A stretch of DNA of 64,000 nt from positions 14,240-78,239 of the forward strand of contig JBNRMN010000073.1 of assembly GCA_050309605.1 (NCBI GenBank), given 5' to 3'. The stretch is from Anaerohalosphaeraceae bacterium (GTDB lineage Bacteria > Planctomycetota > Phycisphaerae > Sedimentisphaerales > Anaerohalosphaeraceae). Shown piece by piece: positions 21,225-30,663 of this stretch. Every line of letters begins with the position of its first letter. Positions within the stretch are counted from its first letter, which is position 1. The notes under the pieces are model-generated. The model was not told where the DNA came from. It saw only the letters and a program-made list of their open reading frames with translations, and did not search any database. Position numbers and translations under genes: made by a program.

Positions 21225-22075
21225 ATGAGAAAGGCATTTACTTTAATTGAGTTGCTGGTAGTGATCGCAATAATTGCGTTACTCCTGTCAATCATTGTGC
21301 CTTCCCTTCGGCTGGCGAAAATGAAGGCCTCCTCGGTGGTGTGCATGACCAACACCAAGAATATGTCGTTGGCGTGGTACAGCTATCAATCCGATAACAA
21401 CGGTCGGATTATGAGTGCTCAGATGGACGGAGTGGCTGACAATACCTATGTCGGCTGGATCGGGGCGCCCTATCGCAATACACCGGGCGATCTGTACAAT
21501 ACCGCGGTCAATACTCCGCCGATTACTGACCAGGATGCCATCCGGGGGATCAAACGCGGACGGCTTCATGAGTATCTCAAGTCCCCGGAATCGTATCATT
21601 GTCCGGGGGATACACGGCGCAAAAGTATTTACGATCAGGTGACACCGTTTGTAACGTATTCTATGGCGCGGTGTCTTTACTGGCAACTGAACCGATCAGC
21701 GGATTCGTATCGGTACCAGATCACCAAATACAATGAGATCACCTCACCATCCAGCCGCTATGTGTTCATCGAAGTGGCGCAGGAGCGCAACTGGAATCAA
21801 TCGGGTTGGTTTTCGTTTGGTGCTCCGGAATATTCGGACGGTGTGGATGGGGCTGGTGGGATCCGCTGGCCATCAATCACGGCGACAGCAGTATCATTGG
21901 CTATGTGGACGGTCATGCCGAGACACGCCGCTGGCGCGATTCGTTTACGCGGGAACGCGTTGAGAAGTTGAGCAATCAGAATGCGGATATGTATAATATC
22001 GAGTATCCGCCGGACGACCAAATCGAAGACATTCAGTATATGGCTCGCGGTTGGGCCTATCGCTATCGGCAATAG
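21225..22075 (+). pseudogene. Prepilin-type N-terminal cleavage/methylation, H-X9-DG motif protein with a frameshift near 21843
   Basis: MRKAFTLIELLVVIAIIALLLSI in one frame; the C-terminal WWDPLAINHGDSSIIGYVDGHAE (H-X9-DG) is in another frame ending at 22075. Confidence 0.8.
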
Positions 22076-22170
22076 CATGAATATCAATAGGTCAAAAGGG
22101 AACAGAGTTGACGAAAATGACTGTGTTTTTTTGGAAACGAACAAAAAATGTATCCTGAATTAAGGGAAGT

Positions 22171-23565
22171 ATGATGAAACGAAGAGAATTCCTGAAAGGT
22201 TCTGTTGTTGCGGCGACGAGTGTGTTTGGAATGCCGACACTGGTGTCCTCGACCGCCGTGGCCAAGGCGCCGTCCTCGCCCAACGACAAGATTAACATTG
22301 CCCAGATCGGCTGCGGGCGGATTGCCAGAGATATGGATTTGCCCGGTGTGCTGCGTCATGATCTGTGCCGCGTTGTTGCGACAGCGGACGTGGATATCAA
22401 ACGCGCCCGCGACGGCAAGAAGCTGATTGAGGACTTCTACGAGAGACGAAAAGGCGATCGCGGCTATGTCGATGTCAAAGTCTATCAGGACTATCGCGAA
22501 ATGCTGCGCGATGAAAGCATCGACGCCGTCGTTATCTCAACGCCCGATCACTGGCACGCCCGCCCGACCGCCGAGGCGGCACTGCTGGGTAAAGACGTCT
22601 TTTTACAGAAACCCGCCGCACTGACGATTGCCGAAGGCCGGATGATGAGCGATATCGTCAATCGCACCGGCTGTGTCTTTCAGCTGGGCAGCCAGCAGCG
22701 CGCCAACAGTCCCTGGCCTCAATTCAAATGGGTCTGCGAGCTGGTTCGCAACGGCGCCATCGGACAGGTCAAACATGTCGAAATCGGCCTGCCCACCGAT
22801 CCGTCCGGCAGACACTGGCCCGAAATGCCCGTCCCGGAAAACCTCAACTATGACATGTGGCTGGGTTCGACGCCCGTTGAGCCGTACACCGAAAACCGCG
22901 TCCATCCGCAGAACGGTTACGGGCGTCCCGGCTGGCTGCGCATTGAGGCTTACGGCGCCGGAATGATCACCGGCTGGGGCACGCACCACGTCGATACCGC
23001 GCATTGGGGCATGGGGACAGAATATACCGGTCCTATAGAGATTGAAGGAACCGCCGAGTTTCCCCAATCCGGTTTGTGGGATGTCCATGGCCCTTATGAT
23101 ATACGCAGCAAATACGCCAACGGCGTTACGATGCACATTAGCGACAAGCACCCCAACGGCGTCCGGTTCATCGGCGAGGAGGGCTGGATCTTTGTGTCGC
23201 GCGGCAGCGCCGGCGTGACGGCCTCCGACCCGACTTCCGGCGATCCCAACACCCAGGCGCTGCGAGTCAGCGACCCGAAGATTCTCCAGATGGAAATTGG
23301 TTCCAATGGTATCCATCTATACGAAAGCCCCGACATTCATTTGGACTGGCTTCGCTGTATCCGAACCCGACGCCAGGCGGTCGTGCCGGTTGAGGTGGCT
23401 CATCGCTCGTGCAGCGCGTGTTTGATCTATCATATTGCGATGAAAGTGCCCGGAACACTTCATTGGGATCCGCGCAAAGAGCGATTCATTGATAACGACC
23501 AGGCCAATGCGATGCTCTCGCGTCCTCAGCGGGCGCCTTATGGTCTGGAGCATGTACGAATATAA
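22171..23565 (+). CDS. Gfo/Idh/MocA family oxidoreductase with Tat signal
   Basis: KRREFLK twin-arginine; IGCG, STPDHWH, LQKP, GSQQR, WGTHHVD. Confidence 0.93.
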   Translation: MMKRREFLKGSVVAATSVFGMPTLVSSTAVAKAPSSPNDKINIAQIGCGRIARDMDLPGVLRHDLCRVVATADVDIKRARDGKKLIEDFYERRKGDRGYVDVKVYQDYREMLRDESIDAVVISTPDHWHARPTAEAALLGKDVFLQKPAALTIAEGRMMSDIVNRTGCVFQLGSQQRANSPWPQFKWVCELVRNGAIGQVKHVEIGLPTDPSGRHWPEMPVPENLNYDMWLGSTPVEPYTENRVHPQNGYGRPGWLRIEAYGAGMITGWGTHHVDTAHWGMGTEYTGPIEIEGTAEFPQSGLWDVHGPYDIRSKYANGVTMHISDKHPNGVRFIGEEGWIFVSRGSAGVTASDPTSGDPNTQALRVSDPKILQMEIGSNGIHLYESPDIHLDWLRCIRTRRQAVVPVEVAHRSCSACLIYHIAMKVPGTLHWDPRKERFIDNDQANAMLSRPQRAPYGLEHVRI

Positions 23566-23603
23566 ATGCTCGACGGTCTCGACGACAGACAATGTATTTA
23601 TTC

Positions 23604-23639
23604 AAGCCCGTTTCGGTTTAACCCAAACGGGTTTTTTTT
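23604..23639 (+). terminator. Rho-independent terminator
   Basis: GCCCGTTT...AAACGGGT hairpin followed by a T run. Confidence 0.8.
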
Positions 23640-23651
23640 ACGGCAGGGGAC

Positions 23652-23680
23652 TTGCAACGCCGTGTGGTATCCGGTAGAAT
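23652..23680 (+). promoter_or_regulatory. Sigma70-type promoter of tRNA-Ser
   Basis: TTGCAA-N17-TAGAAT. Confidence 0.65.
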
Positions 23681-23731
23681 GCGCCGTCTGTGGCAGTTCC
23701 GGGCAGTCCGGGCCGTATAAAACTCAACAGT

Positions 23732-23818
23732 GGAGAGGTGTCGGAGTGGCTTATCGAGCTGGTTTCGAAAACCAGTGTACTCGTCAGAGTACCGCGGGTT
23801 CGAATCCCGCCCTCTCCG
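23732..23818 (+). tRNA. tRNA-Ser (anticodon CGA)
   Basis: Acceptor GGAGAGG/CCTCTCC, anticodon arm CTGGT-TTCGAAA-ACCAG, long variable arm, GGTTCGAATCC T-arm; CCA not encoded. Confidence 0.96.
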
Positions 23819-24056
23819 TTATTTTCTTTTATCCTGTCGCTGTCTCTGTAAATTTCAGTCATTTTTCGCCGGCCTGCGCACAAAACCGCAGCAGTCAGCA
23901 CCAAGGTTAAAGTGCAAACGGATGTCTTTTGTCTTAAAACAAGAAAAATGTTGAAATTTTCGCTTGCATTTTTACGATCGATAGATACAATACGACGTTC
24001 TCTTTGGTAAGAAAATATGCAGTTTATCAATAATCACTGGGAAGGTTTGAACTTTT

Positions 24057-24257
24057 ATGATTAAAGTGAAATCTCGTGCGGGTGAAAGCATCCAGCAAAT
24101 GGTCAAGCGGTTTAAGAAGATGTGCGAAAAAGAAGGCCTGATTCGTGACATCAAGCGAAATGGTTATTATGAAAAGCCATCGGAGAAGAACCGCCGTAAA
24201 CGCCGAAAATCTCAGCGGATGGCCCGCTTGGTCAGCAGCGGCACGCCCCGCATCTAA
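24057..24257 (+). CDS. rpsU: 30S ribosomal protein S21
   Basis: GESIQQMVKRFKKMCEKEG....KR..YYEKPSE..RR. Confidence 0.93.
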   Translation: MIKVKSRAGESIQQMVKRFKKMCEKEGLIRDIKRNGYYEKPSEKNRRKRRKSQRMARLVSSGTPRI

Positions 24258-24283
24258 ACCTTTCCGTCTTGGAACACCTCCTT

Positions 24284-24317
24284 CCGGACAGACGTGATGA
24301 CGTTTGTCCGGTTTTTT
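24284..24317 (+). terminator. Rho-independent terminator after rpsU
   Basis: CCGGACAGACGT..ACGTTTGTCCGG + T6. Confidence 0.75.
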
Positions 24318-24365
24318 GCGCGCAACTAAACACCCGTACACATTGCAAACGGGCGCCGGTATGGA

Positions 24366-24914
24366 TTATTGATGCAAATCAAAGAGCGACTGGGTCTTGA
24401 TTATCGTCAATTGGTCCGGGTACGCATGGAATGCATGGATATGCAGTTCGTTGCGTCGGGCTTCAAAATCGACATAGCTGAACGGCTCCAGGCTGCCGAT
24501 AGACAGTTCCGGAAACGTTACGAACATTCCCCGATTGCGGGCGAACCGCTCCAGATCGTAATGGCTTTGCCGATAGAGATTCGGACTCATTTTTTCGACC
24601 TGAAAATCGGTCATATAGCTCAGTCCGCGGCTGAGAGTACACTTGTGGGTGCGCTGCCCGCGGAACTGGAAACGCTCGATCAGGCCGCGTTTGGGAAGCA
24701 TCTGCCCCGGCGGGCTGATCAGCTCGCTCAGACAGACATCGCCCACGAACACCGTGACCACATGTGAGCCGCCGGTAGCCCAGATCATCGTCTCATAAAG
24801 ATCGGTCTTTAAGTGCCGTCGGGCGTATATAGTAAACAGCTCCGGATGGAGCGGGCGCTGGAAGAGTGAGAAAACCAGTTCACTGACAGCCAAATTGCTT
24901 CTGGGCGAATCCAT
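24366..24914 (-). CDS. DUF2617 family protein
   Basis: RPLHPELF..., C-terminal FHAYPDQLTIIKTQSLF pattern. Confidence 0.7.
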   Translation of the reverse strand: MDSPRSNLAVSELVFSLFQRPLHPELFTIYARRHLKTDLYETMIWATGGSHVVTVFVGDVCLSELISPPGQMLPKRGLIERFQFRGQRTHKCTLSRGLSYMTDFQVEKMSPNLYRQSHYDLERFARNRGMFVTFPELSIGSLEPFSYVDFEARRNELHIHAFHAYPDQLTIIKTQSLFDLHQ

Positions 24915-25110
24915 AGTGTCTGTCCTGTCCAATAAAGATGCCGTTGCTCTGTTCTTATATAAGTGATTATACCGCAATCAGCTTGATTAAATCAACCCCC
25001 TTGTTAATACTGGAAACGGGAATACATCGGGCTTATCGGACGATTATTTTGCAAGTCCGGAATTTGCAAGCAGTAAACAGGAGCGAAAAAAATGGAAAAA
25101 TGTTCAAGAT

Positions 25111-25989
25111 TCAGACCGGTCGGACAAAAAAGACCAGCATTTTCAGGATGGCTGCAAGGATATTGTAAAACGCATGCGTACCGGCGGTAATCCCGAAACC
25201 GCGGACGGCGTACAGTGCGGCAAAATAAATACCGGCCAGGGTGCGAAAGACAAATCGGCCCATCGTGAACGGATCGCCGCGGAAAAATCGCCCGTTGGCA
25301 AAGAAGAAATGATGGTGGGCACTAAACAGCAAGGCTGAAATCAGCACCGAGGCGAAAATTGCGTTGTTCTTCTGCAAGCCGAGCACATCCTGGAAGAGCA
25401 TCATCAGCAGGCAGATGAGAACCAGCCGAAACACCAGCTCTTCGTATATGCCCGCTCCGATGCCGGTGATAATATCGACCATCAACATCCGCTGGGTCTG
25501 GGGGTCGATGATCTCCTGGAGCGGGATCAGCACGGCGGCCGAAGGCGGTCCGGTTGGGCCGTTGCGGTTCAGCAGCAGACTCAGGACAATCAGCGGCACC
25601 GCCAGCATGATGCATTCAAGGGTCATCGGGATAAAATCGCCGACGCGGACCTGCCATCGGGTGTTGGATGTGATTTGCAGAGCCAGCAGGATGACGATAA
25701 CCACCAGCGGTGCAGTAATCCAGGTCATGCGAGGGCTGAAACCGATAAATTCAAGTAAGTTCTGCACCCAGACAAAGGCCACGACACGCACCTGGGGTTG
25801 GGCCAGGGACTGAGTGAGCGTTTCAGGATGAATCAGAAACGTGCCGATCTCATAAAACAACATAAACCCGAGCAGATACGTCAGCGCATAAATCGGGCGG
25901 CTGGTTCGATCCAGATAGGAATCCGGCAAAAACGAGACGAGCTGTCCCGTTGATCGCGTTGTTCTGTTGTGTCTGGAGCGTTTGGCCAC
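25111..25989 (-). CDS. CPBP family intramembrane glutamic endopeptidase
   Basis: GAGIYEELVFR, LFSAHH, RGFGITAGTHAFYN; start uncertain (GTG 25989, or as far up as 26088). Confidence 0.85.
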   Translation of the reverse strand: MAKRSRHNRTTRSTGQLVSFLPDSYLDRTSRPIYALTYLLGFMLFYEIGTFLIHPETLTQSLAQPQVRVVAFVWVQNLLEFIGFSPRMTWITAPLVVIVILLALQITSNTRWQVRVGDFIPMTLECIMLAVPLIVLSLLLNRNGPTGPPSAAVLIPLQEIIDPQTQRMLMVDIITGIGAGIYEELVFRLVLICLLMMLFQDVLGLQKNNAIFASVLISALLFSAHHHFFFANGRFFRGDPFTMGRFVFRTLAGIYFAALYAVRGFGITAGTHAFYNILAAILKMLVFFVRPV

Positions 25990-26286
25990 GTTCTGAGCCT
26001 TCTTGATATAATCTAAACCATCCGGTTTTTCGTACTTTGGTCGTACAAGAATTTGTTTTTTCGGCACGGTCATCCCGGCCGTGCTCACGGCCTGCCAAGC
26101 CTATGCCGCGTGAACTTGTCGAGTTGGTGTGGATTTTCACGCAATTTTGCCCAAAATGCAATAAAATCTGTAATAAATTCCCTGCCGGAGCGGCGTTTGC
26201 CGATTTTTTGAAGTCAAGAGATGAAAAGTTATCGGGCGTCCTTGCGCTGCCGCGCTGTTGTGTTCGCGGTTTTGTTACGGGGCGGA

Positions 26287-27261
26287 CTATCCTTTCAGTC
26301 TGTTCCAGTCGGGCTGGATGATTTCGTCCTGTTTGAGCATACAAACGCCGTCGGGACAGGCGCCGATATCGGGGCAGATCGGCTCGCCGCGGCGCAGTGC
26401 AAGAATTTTTTTCGGGAACGCCGCGCCGGCCAGGTGAGAACAGGGGTATCCGCCGCCGAATCGCGGGTTAATCTCAAGTAGTTTAGGGCCGTCCTTGTCC
26501 ACCATCACATCCACGTCCGCCGGGCCGACGAGGTTGAGGTGTTCCAGGAGGGTTTTGCCGAACTCAATCAGTTCCGGATTGTTTGTGCTGACGGCCTTGT
26601 CGGTTTCGCCGGCGCGCATTGCCAGCTTCCGTTTGCAATAGACGCTGATCGGGCGCGACCGGGTATCGGCAAACAGATCATACCCGTATTCAGCGCCCTT
26701 GATGACCTCCTGAATCATCGGGGTCGGACAGGCCTCGAATGCTCCTTCCAACTGAATTTTGTCGGCGCAGTACGTCAGATTCATCGAAGCGCTGCCGCGT
26801 CGAGGCTTGACCAGCAGCGGCCATTGGACCGTGCCGGAGTCAATATGCGACAGGGCGTCTGCAATGGTGATAAAGGTCTGCGGTGCGGCGATGCCGTGCT
26901 GTCGGGCAAACTGCCATGTCTGATATTTGTCTGAGGCTGTTTCAATGGTGTGCGGCGGTGAGAGCAGCAGCAGGATATCATGCCGCTCAAATTCGCTTCG
27001 AAAGGCCGATAATATCTCCAGTTCGGGGTCAATCAGCGGGATGACGATTTGAATCTTGTTAATCCGACATAATTCGAGCACATGGTCGAGATAATCGGGA
27101 TGGGTAATTTCCGGGATGATGACGCGATGGTCGCAATAGGCAAAGGCCGGCGCATAACGGCTGTTGTCAGCCCCCCAGACCTGACCATCCGCTGCCAGTG
27201 CATCCTTGAAGTAACGCACCAGATAGCCGCGGCGCCCCACTGAAGTCAGCAATACATTCAT
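26287..27261 (-). CDS. ATP-grasp domain protein (carbamoyl-phosphate-synthase-like, polysaccharide-locus type)
   Basis: MNVLLTSVGRR, IPLIDPEL, VKPRRGSAS, RAGETDK, EINPRFGGGYP. Confidence 0.87.
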   Translation of the reverse strand: MNVLLTSVGRRGYLVRYFKDALAADGQVWGADNSRYAPAFAYCDHRVIIPEITHPDYLDHVLELCRINKIQIVIPLIDPELEILSAFRSEFERHDILLLLSPPHTIETASDKYQTWQFARQHGIAAPQTFITIADALSHIDSGTVQWPLLVKPRRGSASMNLTYCADKIQLEGAFEACPTPMIQEVIKGAEYGYDLFADTRSRPISVYCKRKLAMRAGETDKAVSTNNPELIEFGKTLLEHLNLVGPADVDVMVDKDGPKLLEINPRFGGGYPCSHLAGAAFPKKILALRRGEPICPDIGACPDGVCMLKQDEIIQPDWNRLKG

Positions 27262-27424
27262 TGTTTGATCACTCGCGTCAATGATTCCCTCATATTTCGT
27301 CATTATTATACGGCAGGTCAAGCGCAATTCACAGGATTTTTTCCGTCCGGAAAATGAATCGGTGGACATCGGCAGTTAAGCCCGCTACAATGACGCGCCG
27401 ATACAATCTGAGGAGGCCGCTATC

Positions 27425-28585
27425 ATGCTGTTCGAACACTTTGTCGGGCCGGAACGGCCTGTGAGTTGGACATTTCGTTTCTGGCCGGTGCTGGTCAGCG
27501 CGTGGACCTTTGCGCTGGCGGCCACGTGGCTGTGCAAGAAGATCGCCATCCGGCTTAATATTGTGGATAAGCCGGACGATTTTGTCAAGACCCACAAAGA
27601 ACCGGTCGCCTATCTGGGCGGCATCGGGATTTTGGTGGGGCTGACCGTCGGGATACTGGCCGGCATCGCCTTGATTCAGGACTTCACGTCGTTCGGTCAG
27701 GTGTTGTCTCAACTGCTGGGTATTCTGGCCGGTGGTGCGGTCGCGTGTTTTGTGGGGCTGGTGGATGATATTCTGGATATTCGTCCGTGGCAGAAACTGC
27801 TCGGTCAGTTTATCGCTTCCGGGGCGCTGATTGCCGTGGGGATTTTGCCGAATCTGACCTATTTTGCGACACCGCTGGGAGTGACACTGCCAGAGCCTGT
27901 GCATTATGCGCTGGGGGCGATGGTGGTGGTGTTTTTTGTATTGGGGGCGTCCAATTCGCTGAATTTGCTGGACGGGCTGGACGGACTGTGCGGCGGGGTA
28001 ACGGCGATTATCACTATCGGGATGCTGATTTTGTCGATGCATCTGGCGACGTGGGGCTTCAGCGAGGTCGGCGATCCGGTGCGAATTATTATAGGCCTGA
28101 GTCTGGTCGGCGGGGTGCTGGGATTTTTGCCGTTTAATCGCTATCCGGCCAAGATTTTTATGGGGGATGCGGGCAGTATGCTGCTGGGGTTTGTCACCGC
28201 GGCGCTGATGATCCTGTTTGCCGAGACGATTCCCCGCTGGTGGATGGCCTCGATTGTGATTTTCGGGCTGCCGATCCTCGATACCGCCACCGCGCTGGTA
28301 CGTCGGCTGATTAACCGCCGTCCGCTGATGGTGTCCGACCGGGGGCATATTTACGACCAGCTTATCGACCGCGGGCTTGGGCTGAAACACACCGTCGCCC
28401 TGAGTTATGCACTGGCGGGGATGTATGCCCTGATCGGCATCACAATGAGCCAGATTCGCACGCGCTATGCGCTGCTGATTTACGTCCTGGTGGTCGTCGT
28501 TTCCGGGGCGGTGGTTTGGGCCAAAGGGTTTTTGAAGATGGAAGGCCACCGCGGCGCGGTCCACAAAAACGGCCTTCCGGAATAA
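27425..28585 (+). CDS. Polyprenyl-phosphate N-acetylhexosamine-1-phosphate transferase (WecA/TagO, MraY family)
   Basis: GLVDD, NSLNLLDGLDGL, FNRYPAKIFMGDAGS, DRGHI. Confidence 0.9.
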   Translation: MLFEHFVGPERPVSWTFRFWPVLVSAWTFALAATWLCKKIAIRLNIVDKPDDFVKTHKEPVAYLGGIGILVGLTVGILAGIALIQDFTSFGQVLSQLLGILAGGAVACFVGLVDDILDIRPWQKLLGQFIASGALIAVGILPNLTYFATPLGVTLPEPVHYALGAMVVVFFVLGASNSLNLLDGLDGLCGGVTAIITIGMLILSMHLATWGFSEVGDPVRIIIGLSLVGGVLGFLPFNRYPAKIFMGDAGSMLLGFVTAALMILFAETIPRWWMASIVIFGLPILDTATALVRRLINRRPLMVSDRGHIYDQLIDRGLGLKHTVALSYALAGMYALIGITMSQIRTRYALLIYVLVVVVSGAVVWAKGFLKMEGHRGAVHKNGLPE

Positions 28586-28615
28586 CCGCCACCCCATATT
28601 TTTCAGGCAAGGCGT

Positions 28616-29866
28616 TTACGCTGCGCCGAAGACCGGCAGAATATGCCGACGATAGATGTTGTCGGTCACATGCGGGCCGATCTGCTCGGCAAAGCGTGTG
28701 AGCCGGTCAGTATAGCGTGTTCCCATCTGAGCGGCGATCTTGTAGCCGACGTGGATGAGCTGGCGAAAATCGGGATTGTACTCGTTGCAGGTCGGATCAT
28801 GGCGCAGTGCGGCGGCAAACTGCTGTCCATCCCACTCGGCGGCGGTTTGCTCAGACGGAAGGCGGGTCTTGTCGATATCAATTACCGCCGCATAGGGCGC
28901 GCAAAGATCGTCAAAATGCGCCAGCGACTCGGTATAAATCGCTTTGGCCAGGGCCAGCCCCTCCGCATCGGCCAGGGCCAGACCGATCAATTCCTCCAGC
29001 CAGGTGGTGCCGGCAGTCTTAAGATGTACGCCGGCATTGAAATCACGCACGGCTTGCCGAATGGCCGGGTAGATGGAAAACTTGTCGCTGCCGGAATGAA
29101 CGCTGAGCTTGAGGTTGTCCGGCAGGCCGAAGGTCTTGACGGCGTGGGCAATGACCGCCATATCAGCCCGAAACTCGGCCTCGAACTGGGCTGGATCACC
29201 GACATAATCGACGCCTTTGTTGAAGCGTCCGCTGAACCGCGGGGCAATCGTCTGGGCGGGGATGCCCTCGGCGGCAATCGCCGACAGAATAAAGAACATC
29301 TCCGCCGGCGACTGAGGAATGTCGGTTTCGTCCATGGAGACTTCGGTGACGAACGCATCGGCGGGCCTTTGCTCAAGAATACGGCGATAGATGCGTCCGG
29401 CCTCTTTGACAGCGAACAGGAATTTCTCTGCAATGCGTTTGATATCCTGTCGGGTAACAGTAAAGGGCGTATCGAGTCCGGGAATCTCAAGCGTTCCGAT
29501 GAAACGTTCATTCCGACGACAAAACGCCTCAATGTCGTCATCGGGAGCCGCCTGTCCGATGGCCTCGGCCACATCCAGCGTGAAAAAGTCGCTGCACTCC
29601 AGAAATCCGTCGATGGTCTTCAGGTGCACATGGTCGGCATCGACAAAATACGGCCTGTCCCACTGCAACGCCGCAACAGCCGCATCCGCCTGGCGGCGTA
29701 CGTCCGCCGGCTGAGTGCCGATGATGCTGTGTTCGCGGTATGACTTGTTCCACACCGGTGTTACGTCAATGCCTTCGGTCTGTGCCAGCCGCATCGCCTT
29801 CAACTGAGCGACGCCCTGACAGCCGAACCGATCGCCGATGCCCATCGAAAATTTCGGCAGTTTCAT
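28616..29866 (-). CDS. uxaE: Tagaturonate/fructuronate epimerase
   Basis: FSMGIGDRFG, FVDADH, EVSMDET, KLSVHSGSDKFSIY, HLKTAGTTWLEE. Confidence 0.9.
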   Translation of the reverse strand: MKLPKFSMGIGDRFGCQGVAQLKAMRLAQTEGIDVTPVWNKSYREHSIIGTQPADVRRQADAAVAALQWDRPYFVDADHVHLKTIDGFLECSDFFTLDVAEAIGQAAPDDDIEAFCRRNERFIGTLEIPGLDTPFTVTRQDIKRIAEKFLFAVKEAGRIYRRILEQRPADAFVTEVSMDETDIPQSPAEMFFILSAIAAEGIPAQTIAPRFSGRFNKGVDYVGDPAQFEAEFRADMAVIAHAVKTFGLPDNLKLSVHSGSDKFSIYPAIRQAVRDFNAGVHLKTAGTTWLEELIGLALADAEGLALAKAIYTESLAHFDDLCAPYAAVIDIDKTRLPSEQTAAEWDGQQFAAALRHDPTCNEYNPDFRQLIHVGYKIAAQMGTRYTDRLTRFAEQIGPHVTDNIYRRHILPVFGAA

Positions 29867-29901
29867 TTGTGTCCTTTCACCTTTCCCGTTTTGATATGGA
29901 T

Positions 29902-30663
29902 TCAAACCTTGCCGACAGCGGCAAGATAAATGACAAACTCATCGTTTCCGTCCAGTCCTGCGAGCTGATCCATCTGTGTCTGGTCATACGCCGCCACCGC
30001 ACACGCCCCGGCGCCGATGGATTCGGCGGCCAGATATGTATTTTGGCAGGCGTGGCCGGCGTCAAGAGCAATTAACTTGGGCCAGGCCGGGCCGTAACGC
30101 CATTCCATGCGATACGGCACCGCTGAAAAGATCAGCACCGCCGCGGCCTGCGCCATCCAGTGCTGGTCGAAACAGGCCCGGGCGGTCTTCTCCAAAATCG
30201 CATCATCGGCTTTCAGTGCGACCAATGTATGATCCGTCGCCCGATAGCGATACAGGCCTTTGGGCAGTTTCTCGACATTTCCGATGGCGATATAAAGCTG
30301 AATCGCGTGGCGCGCCCCGGCCGAGGGAACGGTGCGAAAAACCGCCCGCCCGGCGCCGATAATCTTCTGTATGCCCAGCGTCGCCCAACTCACATACGCC
30401 AGCTCATCGAGCGTCATCGGCGCAGCAGCGAAACGACGTCGGCTGCGGCGTCGGTCGATAGCCGTTCGCACCGACATATCGCCGCACATCCGTGTTTCAG
30501 GCGACGGCAGGACAATCCGTTCGGCTCCCTGGGGCGGTGATGTTTCGACCGGACTGTCGGGCAGTCCTTTTTGCTGGTCGGATACAAACGGCTCAAAAAC
30601 GGCCTTGAGGAACCGTCGCGAAGAAATCGGATTTTCAGTTTTCGGCTTTTTCGGTTTTCGCAT
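29902..30663 (-). CDS. SagB/ThcOx-family nitroreductase-like dehydrogenase
   Basis: RRRSRRRF, RTVPSAGARH, WRYG, LDAGHACQN; the true start is probably ATG 30663. Confidence 0.87.
   Translation of the reverse strand: MRKPKKPKTENPISSRRFLKAVFEPFVSDQQKGLPDSPVETSPPQGAERIVLPSPETRMCGDMSVRTAIDRRRSRRRFAAAPMTLDELAYVSWATLGIQKIIGAGRAVFRTVPSAGARHAIQLYIAIGNVEKLPKGLYRYRATDHTLVALKADDAILEKTARACFDQHWMAQAAAVLIFSAVPYRMEWRYGPAWPKLIALDAGHACQNTYLAAESIGAGACAVAAYDQTQMDQLAGLDGNDEFVIYLAAVGKV

Noticed and set aside
25111..25989. CPBP/'Abi' protease as phage defence
   Set aside because: The family name is historical; the gene sits in a housekeeping context.
26287..27261. ATP-grasp gene as pylC (with a lysine radical-SAM mutase in the window) implying pyrrolysine
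   Set aside because: No pylS/pylT/pylB/pylD; the mutase is KamA/AblA type, and this ATP-grasp subtype sits beside a WecA-like gene.
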